A model generated the notes under the pieces. The model was not told the DNA's origin, ran no database searches, and saw only the letters and a list, made by a program, of their open reading frames with translations. DNA of 64,000 nt from positions 1 through 64,000 of the forward strand of contig QPGO01000249.1 in assembly GCA_008632985.1 (NCBI GenBank), written 5' to 3'. Both the position numbers and the translations under genes were made by a program. Of the stretch, positions 48,470-60,438 are shown piece after piece. The stretch is from Psammoneis japonica (Eukaryota). Every line of letters starts with the position of its first letter. Position 1 is the stretch's first letter.

Positions 48470-50679
48470 CGTTCGAAGATATATGCGAGGGAACGGCCAC
48501 ACCTTTCGAGTACATGGAACGCCTGTCCCTCTTGGATCAAAAACTTTTGTTACCCATCGATCATCGCCACTGACATGCGACTTCATTGCGTCGTTGTGTC
48601 TGCCCGCTTTTGTTGTGTGTGCACTGCGTGAAACTTTTACGTGGGGGTGACCATTTAGCTGGAATAATTCGACTAAAATTTCTTTTTGCGCGTTCGTCCG
48701 CCATCCGAATTCTTCGTGCTTTTTGTGTGGAGAAAAAATGCCTCCGACCATGGTGAGTACACCGTTGCGACGTCGTCAGTGTTGATATGGGAGGCTGCAT
48801 CGGTGCTTGAATATCTCTATTATCCCTATTAGAATGTATCTATAGTGCGATGCAGCTTCCCAGTTTAGATTTTATGATTCATTTTTACATCACTCGTTCT
48901 CATGCTTTTTTGCTGTTGCCGCCGACAGAGTACAAAAGTGCCCAACACCTCAGCGGCAAAGGTTTATGCCAAGGTTACCTCATTTATTGATAGATTTATC
49001 AACAGTGAAGTTAGTTTTGATGGTGTATTCCCCTGAAAATCATTCTGGCTCGTGAGTCACAATGGAAAGATTGAGACAAGCTGATTCATGATGCTCTTGC
49101 TCTCCTTTGAGCAAGTGTTCCTGCGAATCGACCACCAGTCATTTCTAAGAGCAGATGGAAGGTACACTATAAACAATGTTGAAGAGACTCACAGTCAGCT
49201 GAAGACACAAGTGCTGTCCCCTGCGGCGCAACGCTAGTGACAATTGTTCCGCAGGGTTCCTGCAGGACGAAGAGAGTGCACCTTGTTCGTGACGACAGAG
49301 AGGCTGGACGCTGCAAATGAAGTGAAATAGTTGAAGCTCACTGTTCAAGATCTATCTCTTCTTTAGTTGATGAGGAGAATGATGCAGCAGCCTCACCTGA
49401 AGGAACCCATTCATCTGTGCCCAAAATAACTGCAATGGTCTCTCCAGACGTGCGCCAATCAACTCGAGCAACCAAGAAGCCACCGCCGACTCATGCCAAT
49501 CTGCATGACAAGATTAAGCACCATTTATCATAAATGGCACTTTAATCGAGCAGCAGCATTGATTAGGAGATTACATGATAGCCATGTATTCTCTTTGAGC
49601 CTCGACAGCACGAACGGCGTGTAGAGAGCACTGCAATAGAGAATGTAATAATGCATGAGTAATGTAGTGTGGCAACATTAAGTTTTGATATGTCATGCAC
49701 AGTGCTATCATTCTAAGCACTCAAAGCATTTCTATCTAAGTTCTCACTGTATGTTCCTGTGTGCCTGTATTCAATCGACAATTTTAAATTCGGGAGCCAA
49801 GAATTCCAAAGAATCGTCACCGTGGAGCATTCGTCGCTTTGAAAATTCGAGGACACAAATGATCCACTAAATGATGTTTAGCTTCGGACGGCGGAAGCAG
49901 TCACTTCAAAAAGGCTGCAGAAGCTGTTGGTTCCCATGTCGCACCGTAACTACTGCTTCCCAAAACCAACAAGGAATTCTGAGCTGTGAGGAAAAAGGAG
50001 CTTCAGGAGAATAATTCCTGATGAGGCGCTCATCAAAAACCGGTGTGCTTCCTTGCGATAGAAAATAGGGTGCCGGAATCATGGAAGCATGTGTTCCTGG
50101 AAGACAAACAATTCGGGGATGAATAAGGGCAAACGTTAGGCTCTGCAACACTGGGACACTGTGCGAAGCAATGAATGGCACTTTACTTACCCCATCTTCG
50201 TTTCTGTCGTTCGTTCCGCTGTGCAATGATGATGGCATTCCAAAAGCAATGACTGTGCTGTCAACGACTGACGTGTAATCATTTCTATCGTTCGTTCTGA
50301 TGCTATGCTGATGGCATTCCCCAAACATGCCGTTAGTTGGAACATCGTCGGTCGTCGGTTTATTGTTTTTTGTTTTTTCAGAGCGGCCGTTGATTTCACA
50401 ATAATTGGTAATGAGCGAGTCATCTACACAACTCGTGGTATGTGCGTCTCGTAACCGAGCGAGGAGCAGACAATGTACCGGGCCTACGGCTTCATGGGCC
50501 CCTCTTTCACGTAGTGATGTGAACGGCTGGAACGCGACGGCCCGCCGACCGCCGATCTTCAACCTCAGATTAGTCCGACTAGTCAACCCATCGGCAGCAA
50601 AGATTGGTGTGCCGGTGGTTGGCTCCTCCTTGTCCCTGATCATAACTCAAAATTGGTTAAAATGTCTTGACAAAGTTCC

Positions 50680-53000
50680 AGCTCTTCCTTTTTTTGTTCT
50701 GCTTTTGAGAGCAAGAAGGCGCATCTGCTCAAAAATTCGTTCTCCACCAAGGCTCAGGCAGTGGATTGCTCTTTTTCTCACAATCTTGGGGGTGCTCAAC
50801 TTTCTCCTCTTTGTTGTGTTCTGTGAAACGATGTTGGCTTCATTTGGCGTGGGGCTCTTGATGTTGTGCTGTTGCTGCTGACCACCCGGCATGGCACAAA
50901 CAGCATGAGGCATCATGGCAAAAGCAACTCAGCAATGGCACATGCTTGCTTTCTTCACATTGTTCAGCAAGATTGGCGCCAACGCATTTGTGCTTCCCCA
51001 AGGCAAGCTGGAGCACCAATGAATGACACCATTTTTTGGAAACACATCATGTGAGGCAATGGCCACACCTTTTGGGTGAATGGAACACCCACCCACTTCT
51101 CTTAAATCAAGATCATGTCTGTCAACACAAATCATCACCATTGACTTGCCACACCACCAAGGCCCATGTTGGGGGGGGCATGTCCAGACAGCTGCTGCCC
51201 ACCCAAAGCAATTCTGCCCACATCTGTGCATTTGGGTTTTTTTCTGTGCAACTTCAACATGTGAAAGAGATGCAAAGTCTGCCCAGCATTCATCACATTT
51301 CACTGAATGCCCCATTTGTGCTGTTTGACAGACTGTTCCAGCGCAAATCCCACACATGATTTTGTGCAGATGTGTCCCCTGTGTCCACCAGTTCTCAATG
51401 TTGCATGTGACTGCACTCATGGCATGTGGACAGCTGGATGTGCTGGCCTGAACATCAACCTCAGCCAATTTGGTCCAATTGGAAAATGCATTGGCAACAA
51501 TGTTGTGTTTGTGTTGGCATGGTTGACAGCTCTTTTGCCAGCTTTTCCTTTTTTTCTCAAGCAAACCTTCCAAACTCAAGGTGTGCTGGTTGTCCTCCTT
51601 GTTCCCAAACAGAGCTCAAAATTGGCAAAGATGTCTTGACAAGAACAAACAAAGGAGCAGGACCACAAAGCCTTTTGCTGCAAGTGCTCCCAACTTTGTT
51701 TTGGCTCTCTGGCTTGTGCTTGTTCCAGCTCTTTTATTTTTGTTTTTGTGCACACTGCTTTTGAAGCTGATCATCCTCAACAAAACAGCTGGAGAGCAAG
51801 AAGGTGATCTTCTCTGTGAAAAAATGTGGTTTGCTGTTTTTCCACAATCTTGTGTGCCTGCATCTGATCTCTGTGCTCTTCTCTTCTTTGCTTTTGTGTT
51901 TTTTCTCTCTCTCAAACAAATGATCAAAATTGGCAAAGCCAATTTTCCATCACATGTGACAAACAAATGATGCCAGTGGCTGAGGCAGAGCAACTTAATT
52001 GGCAATCGTCGGACATTTGTCCAACTGTGGCAGGCAGGTGTGTTTTTGAGTTTCCACTTTATAAACAACATGCTCTTCTGCTGAAAAACTGAGAGTGCCA
52101 GCAAAGTGGCACAAACAAACTTGCTGCTTGTCAACATGGCAACAAGGCCTTTGATCTATTTTGTTGGTGTGAAAAAGCAACATTGTCAAAAAAACAAGAA
52201 AGCTGATCAAGGCTTTGGTGAAACACTGCTCAAAATTCCAACACACAGCCAGCGCTACAGCACTGGGAATGGTGTGATGTTCAGTGGCTGCCCCACAGAG
52301 AAACCCCCACCAGAGGTGTGGAGCAACAAGGGAGGAGGGAAATCAAACAGATGATGAGCTTGTTCAGTGTAAAATGCTGCCAAAGATTCGACAAACAAAT
52401 CGGGAGGACAAGCTGTCAATGGCCATGAAAGCTGGGCCCAACAACTCCACAAGTGCACTTGATGAAAAAACACAGCAGGCCAACAAAAGCAAGCAGCAGC
52501 AGCATGGCATTGACAAGAAAAATGAGACACCACCATGGGGGCAGTTAAAGCTGACAGTGCGCAGCAGCGTGCAAGCTGCTGGAGACAGCTGAAAAAGCAG
52601 TGTGACTGCTTTCTGCCAAAAAGCTTTGTCCAGTCAAACACCAGCACTTGTTGAAACTGTGACTTGAAACTGCAACTGTGCATGATTGGAGCAAGCAAGA
52701 TTTTGGTGCAGGAGGGTTGTGCAAAACTTTGCAGAGATTGTGCGTGCGCGCATTGGAGGAGACCCGCAAAGCCAGGGAAAGTGGTGTGCATGAGGCAGGC
52801 ACCACAACAACCACAAAGAAATTCTGCTTTTTAACATGGATGCACACCACTGGGAAAAAACCTGGCTGCATGAAACAACCATGATTTTGCCATGCGTGGA
52901 GTGTCGCAGCAGCAGCAAAGTGCCGGGGGTTGTCTCGGGGTGACTGCAGCTGGGTGTCCCAGCAGCAGCACATAATGGTTGCTGTGGTCATTGTTTCATG
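50680..53000. mobile_element. Degenerate CpG/TpA-depleted block, family unassigned
   Basis: Same signature; no diagnostic motif recognised. Confidence 0.55.
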
Positions 53001-53531
53001 CTAGACTGCAAATGATAAATGATGAGGAATCAATGCTCCAGATCAGTTCATGCGATCTCCATCAGCTCTAAGTGCAAGTCGATCACTCGAGGTTTGCACG
53101 TCTCCCGGTCGCCACTGTTGCTTTGGCGTTGGGTGCGCGACACGACACATCGTAGAGGCTACACCGCAAGTCCTCTCCAATGACTTTTCAGTCTTGATTT
53201 GTCCTCAACGCCTGGAGGAAAGTTCTCCGAATCAAATTTATATACATGTCTGTTTAGACGTTTTCACGGTATATGATCCAAACACCCATCAAAGCCTATG
53301 TACCCTTGATGTTATTCAACCTAAGAACGTTCCTCGTAGCTTTCAACGTAATTTGAGTACTGATTTCGAAATTTGACTCTTGCTTCACCCCGCAATTATT
53401 TTTCTTTCCCGTGATCATTTTAACCGCATTTATCGCCTCACGGCATGTTGTCAGTTTGATTCGCACTGTTGAAGAGAAGTGATAGACAGTGCGAGACGAA
53501 ATCAACATCGCCGCTTTAATTAATTTGTACA

Positions 53532-54546
53532 ATGCCAACTGCAGTCAACGTAGATGCAAGGAGGAAAACCCACGCCTCTGAAGAGAGGTGGAACAAAATG
53601 TGGGATGAGATGTACGCTTCTTTAGTTGAATACAAGAAAGAACATGGTGATTGCTTAGTGCCTCAACGGTATACAAAGAATCCAAAGCTGGTTAAGTGTC
53701 ATAAGATGGTGTGTTCATAGTCAGGATGTGAAGCGAAGTCCCTAACTGTTATCTTCTTGCAATCTATCTTTCAAAAGGGTCGATGGGTAAATAAACAAAG
53801 GGAGAATCGGTACAAGCTATCTCCTCGTCGCAAGGCTCTGTTAAATGAAGCAGGATTTGTCTGGAGCGTCGTTTCAAGAGAGTCGTGGATAGACATGTAT
53901 CAAAGACTGGTAAGCCGTTCCTTTTTCTCCCTTTTCCCGCTTTAATTGTGAGTTGTCTGATTTGCTTCTTGTGCTTTTTCAGGTTGAATTCAAGCGCCAG
54001 AATCACCACTGCCGCGTACCTCAGAGATATGCTCTTGATCCACGTTTAGGTTGTTGGACCAGGGAGCAAAGAAAGAATAGAAGCCGGCTTACCCCCGAGC
54101 GAAGGCGACTCCTTGATTCTATTGGTTTCACGTGGAGAGTTCGTACCGTACAGAATTCTCCGTCAGAACCTGGTCAGACACAGAATTTGCTGCCAACAAG
54201 AAACTCATCAATTCCAGCAACGATTCCAGTTTCACCTTTTCTTTCTACCCACCCTTCTCTGCCTCCACAAGGCACCACTCAAAACCTTCTTTTAAAACGA
54301 GAGCTATACAACCTCATCCAGATTGAGCAACAACGGGAATCTGAAGCAAATCTTTGCATCCTTCGACTTCTCAACAAAAGACGGTATGAATCGAGTGCCC
54401 TTCGGCATTCTCTTCCACACACAGTCAAAACGAGTCTGGAACCTCAATTCACTGCTGCATCGCAACAGTCCGCTAGATCTCGCGCAATGGTGAATGATCT
54501 CGTGCTCAAGCCCAAAAGTTATTTTGACGGAGTAGCACGTAGATAG
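53532..54546 (+). CDS. Helicase-associated (HA) domain protein, two HA repeats; introns 53691-53777 and 53910-53982; may extend upstream
   Basis: WDEMYASLVEYKKEHGDCLVP..L|GRWVNKQR..LNEAGFVW and W..MYQRL|VEFKRQNHHCRVP..LGCW..QR..LDSIGFTW. Confidence 0.85.
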
Positions 54547-54999
54547 AGGCTTGCTCTCAACGCCGTGTCCATCGCGCACATTTTGTGAAAGCATATGATG
54601 TAGGTATAAACGTTTGTAGAAATTCCAACGAAGGGATTCAAGGTACTCTTGTCCGAAGAATGGTCACAGTCGCATTGTCCAGTTGTTCTTGCGACGCTTC
54701 ATTGTTCTGCCCACCACTTTCAAGGTTGTTTGCCCAAGTAAGCATCAAAGATCTATCTATAGCTTCTCATCACGTTCAGATACCTATTTGTAATGGAGGC
54801 GTGTTGTACTAACGAAACACGAAGCCGTTGGCCTTCACCAGCGTCCACTCTTGTAACTCAGACAGCACTATGCATGAGACTTAAAATAGCAATCCATATA
54901 TTTCTAGCCTCTCTCAAGAGCTAGTTCTCCTCCACTTTACGCGACGCTCGTACTCTCGTCTGGTCGTCACTTCCATCTCTTTTCCCTTTTGTCACCCAC

Positions 55000-56198
55000 T
55001 CAGAACTTCCACAACTCGAGACAGTTTTCAGGATCACAAGTTCCCATCTCACCAAAACCAATGTCAACGTCGAAAAATGTTCTTAACGCAGGCCCAATAA
55101 AAAGGGTTCCCAGAGCAATGACTTGGATAAGAATGAATGTGAATGCCCCGATACCAATCTGAGCCCGTCCAAAAGCCGCGGCTTTTGAAAACTTTCCCAG
55201 GTCAAAGTTTTCTGGAGTTGACCGCCAATTGGACAACCCCTTTTCTACTTTGTCAGGAGTTGCAATGCTCGCTCCACCCGTCCACGAGTCAAAGACAGCA
55301 TCGAGAGCAGCATCACCAATCAATGCACCTCTGGCTGAGACACGTTTTTCCTCTGCCTGTTTGAGTTCTGCGCCTCCAACCGGTTCCCCGGTAGAGGGGT
55401 CCACGGGCCATCCCTTGAATGGAGCTTTTCGCACGTTGACTTTGAAAGCCCCGCGTGGAAGCCACATGGGAGGATTATCCGGCTGACTCAAATTTGGGAG
55501 CTTTGTGCTTGGAAGGTCGGCCCAATTTGCGACATCATCTGCCGAAGTGATACGACCAACAATAGCAACTATATCAGCAAGAGGAATCCTTTGATTCGAA
55601 AACAAAAGAGCTGAATTAGGAATTTCGGGCCCACTGGCACCGGAATCTTCTACATATCCACGAGCGGCGTCACCCAGGGTAGGATCTAAACTTGTGTCGG
55701 CGTTGCCGCCCTCATCCTCACGGCGTTCACCTTTCAGAGTCTTCATCTGCAACGGCGGACGGCAAGGGCTTTTTGTAAGTCAACATTACAAGGACGCAAC
55801 GAACACTGCGTTCGATTCACTATTCACAAAATTACCATGGCTACATTTCCAGCGATAAGTGCTGGGATAAGCCTGCGTCATGTCACGAAATTGGGGGTTC
55901 GACCCGATTGTTAGTTGTCGATTTCAAACGAAGGAGGCAGGTGCTGCCAAAAGAAAAACACAACTCTTTCTTTCACTTACCCCCCACCAAACGCCAGAGC
56001 GATAATTGAGGTTTTTAAGGTTTCACCATAATCTTCCGCAGTTGCCACCGATACGAGCGTGCTGCTCGGATCCAACAGCGCGGCTTTGAGTTGGGGTGGC
56101 GTCGTCGTCTTTGATGCTGCTCGCGTCACAACAAAAGAATCCGTAGTAGCCAATGATGACAACAGTAATAAAGGAAAGAGAGTTCTCATCATGGCCAT
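55000..56198 (-). CDS. Plastid-targeted membrane protein of unknown function, multi-exon
   Basis: Signal plus TDS-FVV (55977-56198); short middle exon GLIPALIAGNVAM near 55836-55874; 250-aa exon with a C-terminal TM helix. Confidence 0.65.
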
Positions 56199-56604
56199 GT
56201 TCAGGACGGCGATATCGTTTAGTATGTGTCTCTAGAAAGGCAATGGCTTGTCAAAGGCTACCTCATTGCTCGTACCTTATCGTGTTGCATTTTTTCTTCG
56301 TTTTCGTCGGCATGCACCGTCTGCCGTCATCCCGTCCGTATCTTTTTCCTGAGATCTGATTGGATGACGGAGTACTTCAACAACTGCGTAGAGAGCAACG
56401 TAGCAATATTCGTATCGTCTGCCAGTCAGCGCGATCTTTCTCATCTGATTTCCCGCCATTTTCTTTTGTGCAACGCCAAAAACGACGAAACATCGGGACT
56501 TGAAGATGGGGGATTTTTTTGCTGATTTGCCTGCATTGGGCTTCCGTTTTCGAGTTAGAGAGAGGACCAGCACTCGAAACTCAATCGTACTGAACGATCG
56601 GCCC

Positions 56605-57784
56605 ATGATTTCCAGAAAGCTTTTCTTCCTCTGTCTGTTTTCCTGTTTGGTTGGAGAAACGCATAGTTTTGTCGTGCAACCAAGCAACGTAGTCCAGGTG
56701 AGGCAAACACCTCGATATGCCGCATCTACTCTTCAAATGGCGACGGCTACTAGAAGTAGTTATCGTATACAACGGGTTGTGACAGATGCTGATGTCTTGA
56801 ATGTGGCGTCCTTTCGGAATGATCTGCGTAGCCCAAGTATGTTGGTGGCTGAACAACAAGAAAAAAGGGATAACATTGACAACAAACAATCTGCATTGTT
56901 TGGTCTCTTAATAGGTTTGGTTATCCTTGGACCCATCTTTGGTGGCCTTTCTTATGCTCAGAACGGTGATCTGCAACAGGCAATTGGAACATGCGGTGCG
57001 TATGCGTGCCTACAGTTCAGTTGTGCATGTAGCGCTGCCATGCGTTGAAAAGCAAGTGCGAGTTCGACTCACTTTGTAATGCCATTCTTCACAGCTGCGA
57101 TTGGTGGAATATCCGGAGGATTAATTGCGTTTAATAACCTGACCGGTGGGAGAGTGTATGTCATGACTGAAGCAGAAGCAACCAACAGGATCCTCGTTGA
57201 TTATGCCGAGAACTTGAAGCGAAGAGCCGACGGTAAGAAATGTGGACTGTTGCTAAAAACGAGGCACGGATCATAAGGCTGACACGTGAATGCATTGATT
57301 CTCTTTTGCTATAGTCGGTTTCACGGCGGTTTCGGAAGAGGAGAAATACAAATGCGTGAATGGTGTTTGTGCCGCTGCAGATGTACAACTACGCAACTCT
57401 CCGCAAAGTACACCCTATGCGCGGAAAATTTCTAGATTGCCGTCGCACGTCCATTTGCGAAATATGGAAGTCGATGTGGATATGCGACGCCAAGGTGTTG
57501 CTCGAGCCTTGGTGAACGCCATTGTGAAATACGCCAAGGACGAAACGGATGCGGAATTCGTCACGCTGTAAGTTCTTCGAAATGTCTCGACATTGGCCGT
57601 GGATACCCACCATTCAGCTCACCTTGAACCTGTTGCGTTTTCGGTGCTTTGGCGCGTTTAAAGTGAGGTAGAGGAGAAGAACAGAGCAGCAATTAATTTG
57701 TACGAAAGCGAAGGATTCCAGGTTGATAACACGCATAAAACGATGATGGGTCGCCAATTCATGATGAAACAAGTCTCTAGCTAG
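56605..57784 (+). CDS. GNAT-family N-acetyltransferase with plastid-type presequence, multi-exon
   Basis: THS-FVV presequence; motif A HLRNMEVDVDMRRQGVARALV; motif B EVEEKNRAAINLYESEGF; GT..AG introns. Confidence 0.8.
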
Positions 57785-57995
57785 TAGAAAACCAACAAAA
57801 TCACTCCGAATCGGAAGGAGATCCATATTCTCAACTGCTGTAATCGATGCACACAGAAGTCGAAGAAAGCGTCCAGGTTGATCTATTTGGGACACCGAGA
57901 CCATGCCATAATGATGAGTCTACTTATAAAAATTCCTACTCGTTAATGTCTCCTGTTTACACCTAAACCTACAAACACCATGAAGCATGTTGCAA

Positions 57996-60038
57996 TTAGG
58001 GAAGATCAGCAAGATTCTTCTTGCTGCGAGGACCCTTCTTGTGCTGGACCTTTTTCTTGTATGCGCCCGGCCGACCGGCGGTGTTCCAAGACGTTTTCAG
58101 TTGAGACTTGGGGTCTGCGGCCTCCTTGTTATCTTTTTCCTTCTTCTCCAGTTCCTGTTTGCGACGTTGGATAGCCGTCACCTTTTCGCTACCGCCAAAT
58201 TGAGCAATGGTACCCGAAATAGCATTGCCAGACGCATCCACCTTTTGAGCAGGAGGCACTTTCGAATCGAAAAGCTTCTTGTTCTTGTGAACGCCTCCCT
58301 TACTTCGTAGTGCAGCGATACTCGCCCTTTCCACCTTGGATTTGTTGCTAAAAGCTGCTCTCGGATCCGGAGCTTTCACCAAGGATGGGGGCGACCTGAT
58401 ATCCTCCTTGGCATCTGACTCAGACGACTCCTCAACCATCGTTACCTCCTCTGTCGATTCCTCCTTATCTGCGGTGACTGCTTCTTTAACCGGAGTTTCG
58501 CCTGATTGCTCTTCTTGGCCAGCTTTCAAAGAAGGTTCTTTTAGAATCGGTGTCGTCTTTTCATTCTCCTCAGCTACGTTACATTCTGCGGCCACGTCTT
58601 CATGAGCCGCTTCCGCCGTGGCTGCCTCCTCCTTCATAGCTGAATCCTTACCCAATACAAAGTCCTGAACTGCAGGATAAAGAGCCGGTTCGGACTTTGT
58701 CGTTGACGTTTCAATCTCTGCAACTTTTCGCTCATCATCAGCTTTTTCTTTACCGAAAGCGGGAGCATGCTCTTTCTCGTTAGAAGCATCAACCACGCCA
58801 GACACCACGTCCTTCACGGCTGGCTCTGCATTATCTGTATCTACCATCGTCACATCCTCTTGTTCAGTTGGTGCAATATCTAACACAGAATCAGTTGGAG
58901 ATTTCTCGCCTGGAGCGTCGTCAACATCAACCACCTCTTGCTCTTCAGTTTCTACGGCAGCATCTGCAACCACCGACTTTTCTTGTCTCTTTTTCAGATC
59001 TGAGACCGGCGGTAAGATTACTGGGGCGTCTTGTCCTTCGACTGGTTCTTCGGGTGAAGCGTCGTCTTGTGGTGGTGGCGTATTATCCTTCGCGACCAGA
59101 CCGGCTTTATCACTGTCTGCTTGACTTCTGCGAGTGGTCGCTCGCTCTTCACTCTCCAGTCCTCGTTCGATTTCCGGTTCGTTCGTAAGAGCTTCCGTGT
59201 CCAGCAATACCTGTTCTTCCTCGTTCTTGATCGACTCCTCTGGGACAGAATCTTCTTGGACTTCTTCTTGCTCTTCGAGGGTTGGTTCCTCCTCTTTGGA
59301 TAGACCAGCTTCTGGAGCTTTCTCCTCCTTTCCTGATCCCTCTGTTAACTTGGGTTCTTCAGGGAGAGCTTCCATTTCTGCTGGCTCCGATGCTTCCTCT
59401 TTTATACTTGATTCAGCGAAGGGCGGTACGATGATTGGCTCTCCTTGACCTGAGGGTGCTTCGTATTCTAAAGGATCCTCCTCGTTTGGTTTCTCAGCTG
59501 GCTGCTCCGGTTTTTCTTCTTCAAGTTCAGTTGATACGAAAGGTACATTATCTGTTGCGGGGACTTCCTTGTTCACCACTTTGGCTTCCTCGACGGGCGG
59601 AATAATGACGGGGCCCTCATCTTCTTCACTGGGTTCGTCTGATATCATTGTATTCTTACCGACAAGTGGCTCTGATTCCTGTACAGGCTCTGCTTCTCTG
59701 TGCGCCGCAGGATCCTGTTCCAGGTGCGTCTTTTCCTTCTGTATGCGTTCCTTCACCGACGCGATGAGATCTTCTGTCACGTCATCTGAAGAAGGTGAAG
59801 AGGTGACTGCAGGTTCATCTTGTGGTAGTACCGGATTTTCTACCAACGTCATGACTTGCTTTTCCGCTTGCACCTTTTCTTTCTGCACACTCACAGAGTC
59901 GACGATTTCTCGGGACTGCTTCTCGGATCCTTTCAAGGGAGCGACTTCTTCTTCTTGTGCCGCCTTGTGCGTCGCTCGCGGACTTTGAATGCTGCGGACC
60001 TCTGCCGATTCGGTGGCCTTGCTTGATGAACAACCCAT
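57996..60038 (-). CDS. Acidic low-complexity protein with N-myristoylation/palmitoylation motif
   Basis: MGCSSSK start; Glu/Pro-rich body with P(V/I)(I/L)xPP repeats; basic C-terminus ending KKNLADLP. Confidence 0.8.
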   Translation of the reverse strand: MGCSSSKATESAEVRSIQSPRATHKAAQEEEVAPLKGSEKQSREIVDSVSVQKEKVQAEKQVMTLVENPVLPQDEPAVTSSPSSDDVTEDLIASVKERIQKEKTHLEQDPAAHREAEPVQESEPLVGKNTMISDEPSEEDEGPVIIPPVEEAKVVNKEVPATDNVPFVSTELEEEKPEQPAEKPNEEDPLEYEAPSGQGEPIIVPPFAESSIKEEASEPAEMEALPEEPKLTEGSGKEEKAPEAGLSKEEEPTLEEQEEVQEDSVPEESIKNEEEQVLLDTEALTNEPEIERGLESEERATTRRSQADSDKAGLVAKDNTPPPQDDASPEEPVEGQDAPVILPPVSDLKKRQEKSVVADAAVETEEQEVVDVDDAPGEKSPTDSVLDIAPTEQEDVTMVDTDNAEPAVKDVVSGVVDASNEKEHAPAFGKEKADDERKVAEIETSTTKSEPALYPAVQDFVLGKDSAMKEEAATAEAAHEDVAAECNVAEENEKTTPILKEPSLKAGQEEQSGETPVKEAVTADKEESTEEVTMVEESSESDAKEDIRSPPSLVKAPDPRAAFSNKSKVERASIAALRSKGGVHKNKKLFDSKVPPAQKVDASGNAISGTIAQFGGSEKVTAIQRRKQELEKKEKDNKEAADPKSQLKTSWNTAGRPGAYKKKVQHKKGPRSKKNLADLP

Positions 60039-60263
60039 TATATAGCTCAATAAGTTTACGAATTACTCTTTTGCTATTTAGACTCTGGTTCAAAGCGTTT
60101 TTTGTGCTTTAGAATTCTTCGAGAAGAAGCTCACTGAGTTTTGAGGTTTGACGCGAATATCGTGCTTTCTTCGCACTGCAACGCAACCACAGACAACACG
60201 ACCGGGAACCCGCGCGACAGCGAAGTCACGGATGAGATCCAAGATTCGATGTGTACCAAAGCT

Positions 60264-60281
60264 TACGTAGAATTCTACGTA
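60264..60281. promoter_or_regulatory. Perfect 18-bp palindrome in the divergent intergenic region upstream of SIT
   Basis: TACGTAGAATTCTACGTA; the regulatory role is inferred only. Confidence 0.35.
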
Positions 60282-60438
60282 TAATACACACCTACTTATA
60301 TGAATATACGATAAAATTTTGATCTGTCGTCACCCATCGTGCGTTGGCGCGCCCTCGCTTCTCGCCCGTAACGGCAATGCGCAATGCGCAACGGCATTTT
60401 CAGAATACCTAAAAAAATTGAAAGAGCAAACACGGACC

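Noticed and set aside
49380..49530. Copia-like RQSTRATKKP linker fragment
   Set aside because: A short motif with no adjacent integrase or RT signature.
49906..50643. 245-aa minus-strand ORF
   Set aside because: No recognisable domain or targeting signal; cannot be supported as a gene.
370..53000. Hundreds of overlapping Cys/His/Gln-rich ORFs in the depleted blocks, resembling metal-binding peptides
   Set aside because: Artefact of TpA loss (fewer TAA/TAG stops) and TG/CA excess; they occur in all six frames and lack Tyr.
370..53000. Fungal-type RIP or ADAR editing as the explanation
   Set aside because: RIP creates TpA rather than removing it. ADAR needs an RNA intermediate and favours UAG, whereas DNA transposons are hit on both strands and TAG tends to survive.
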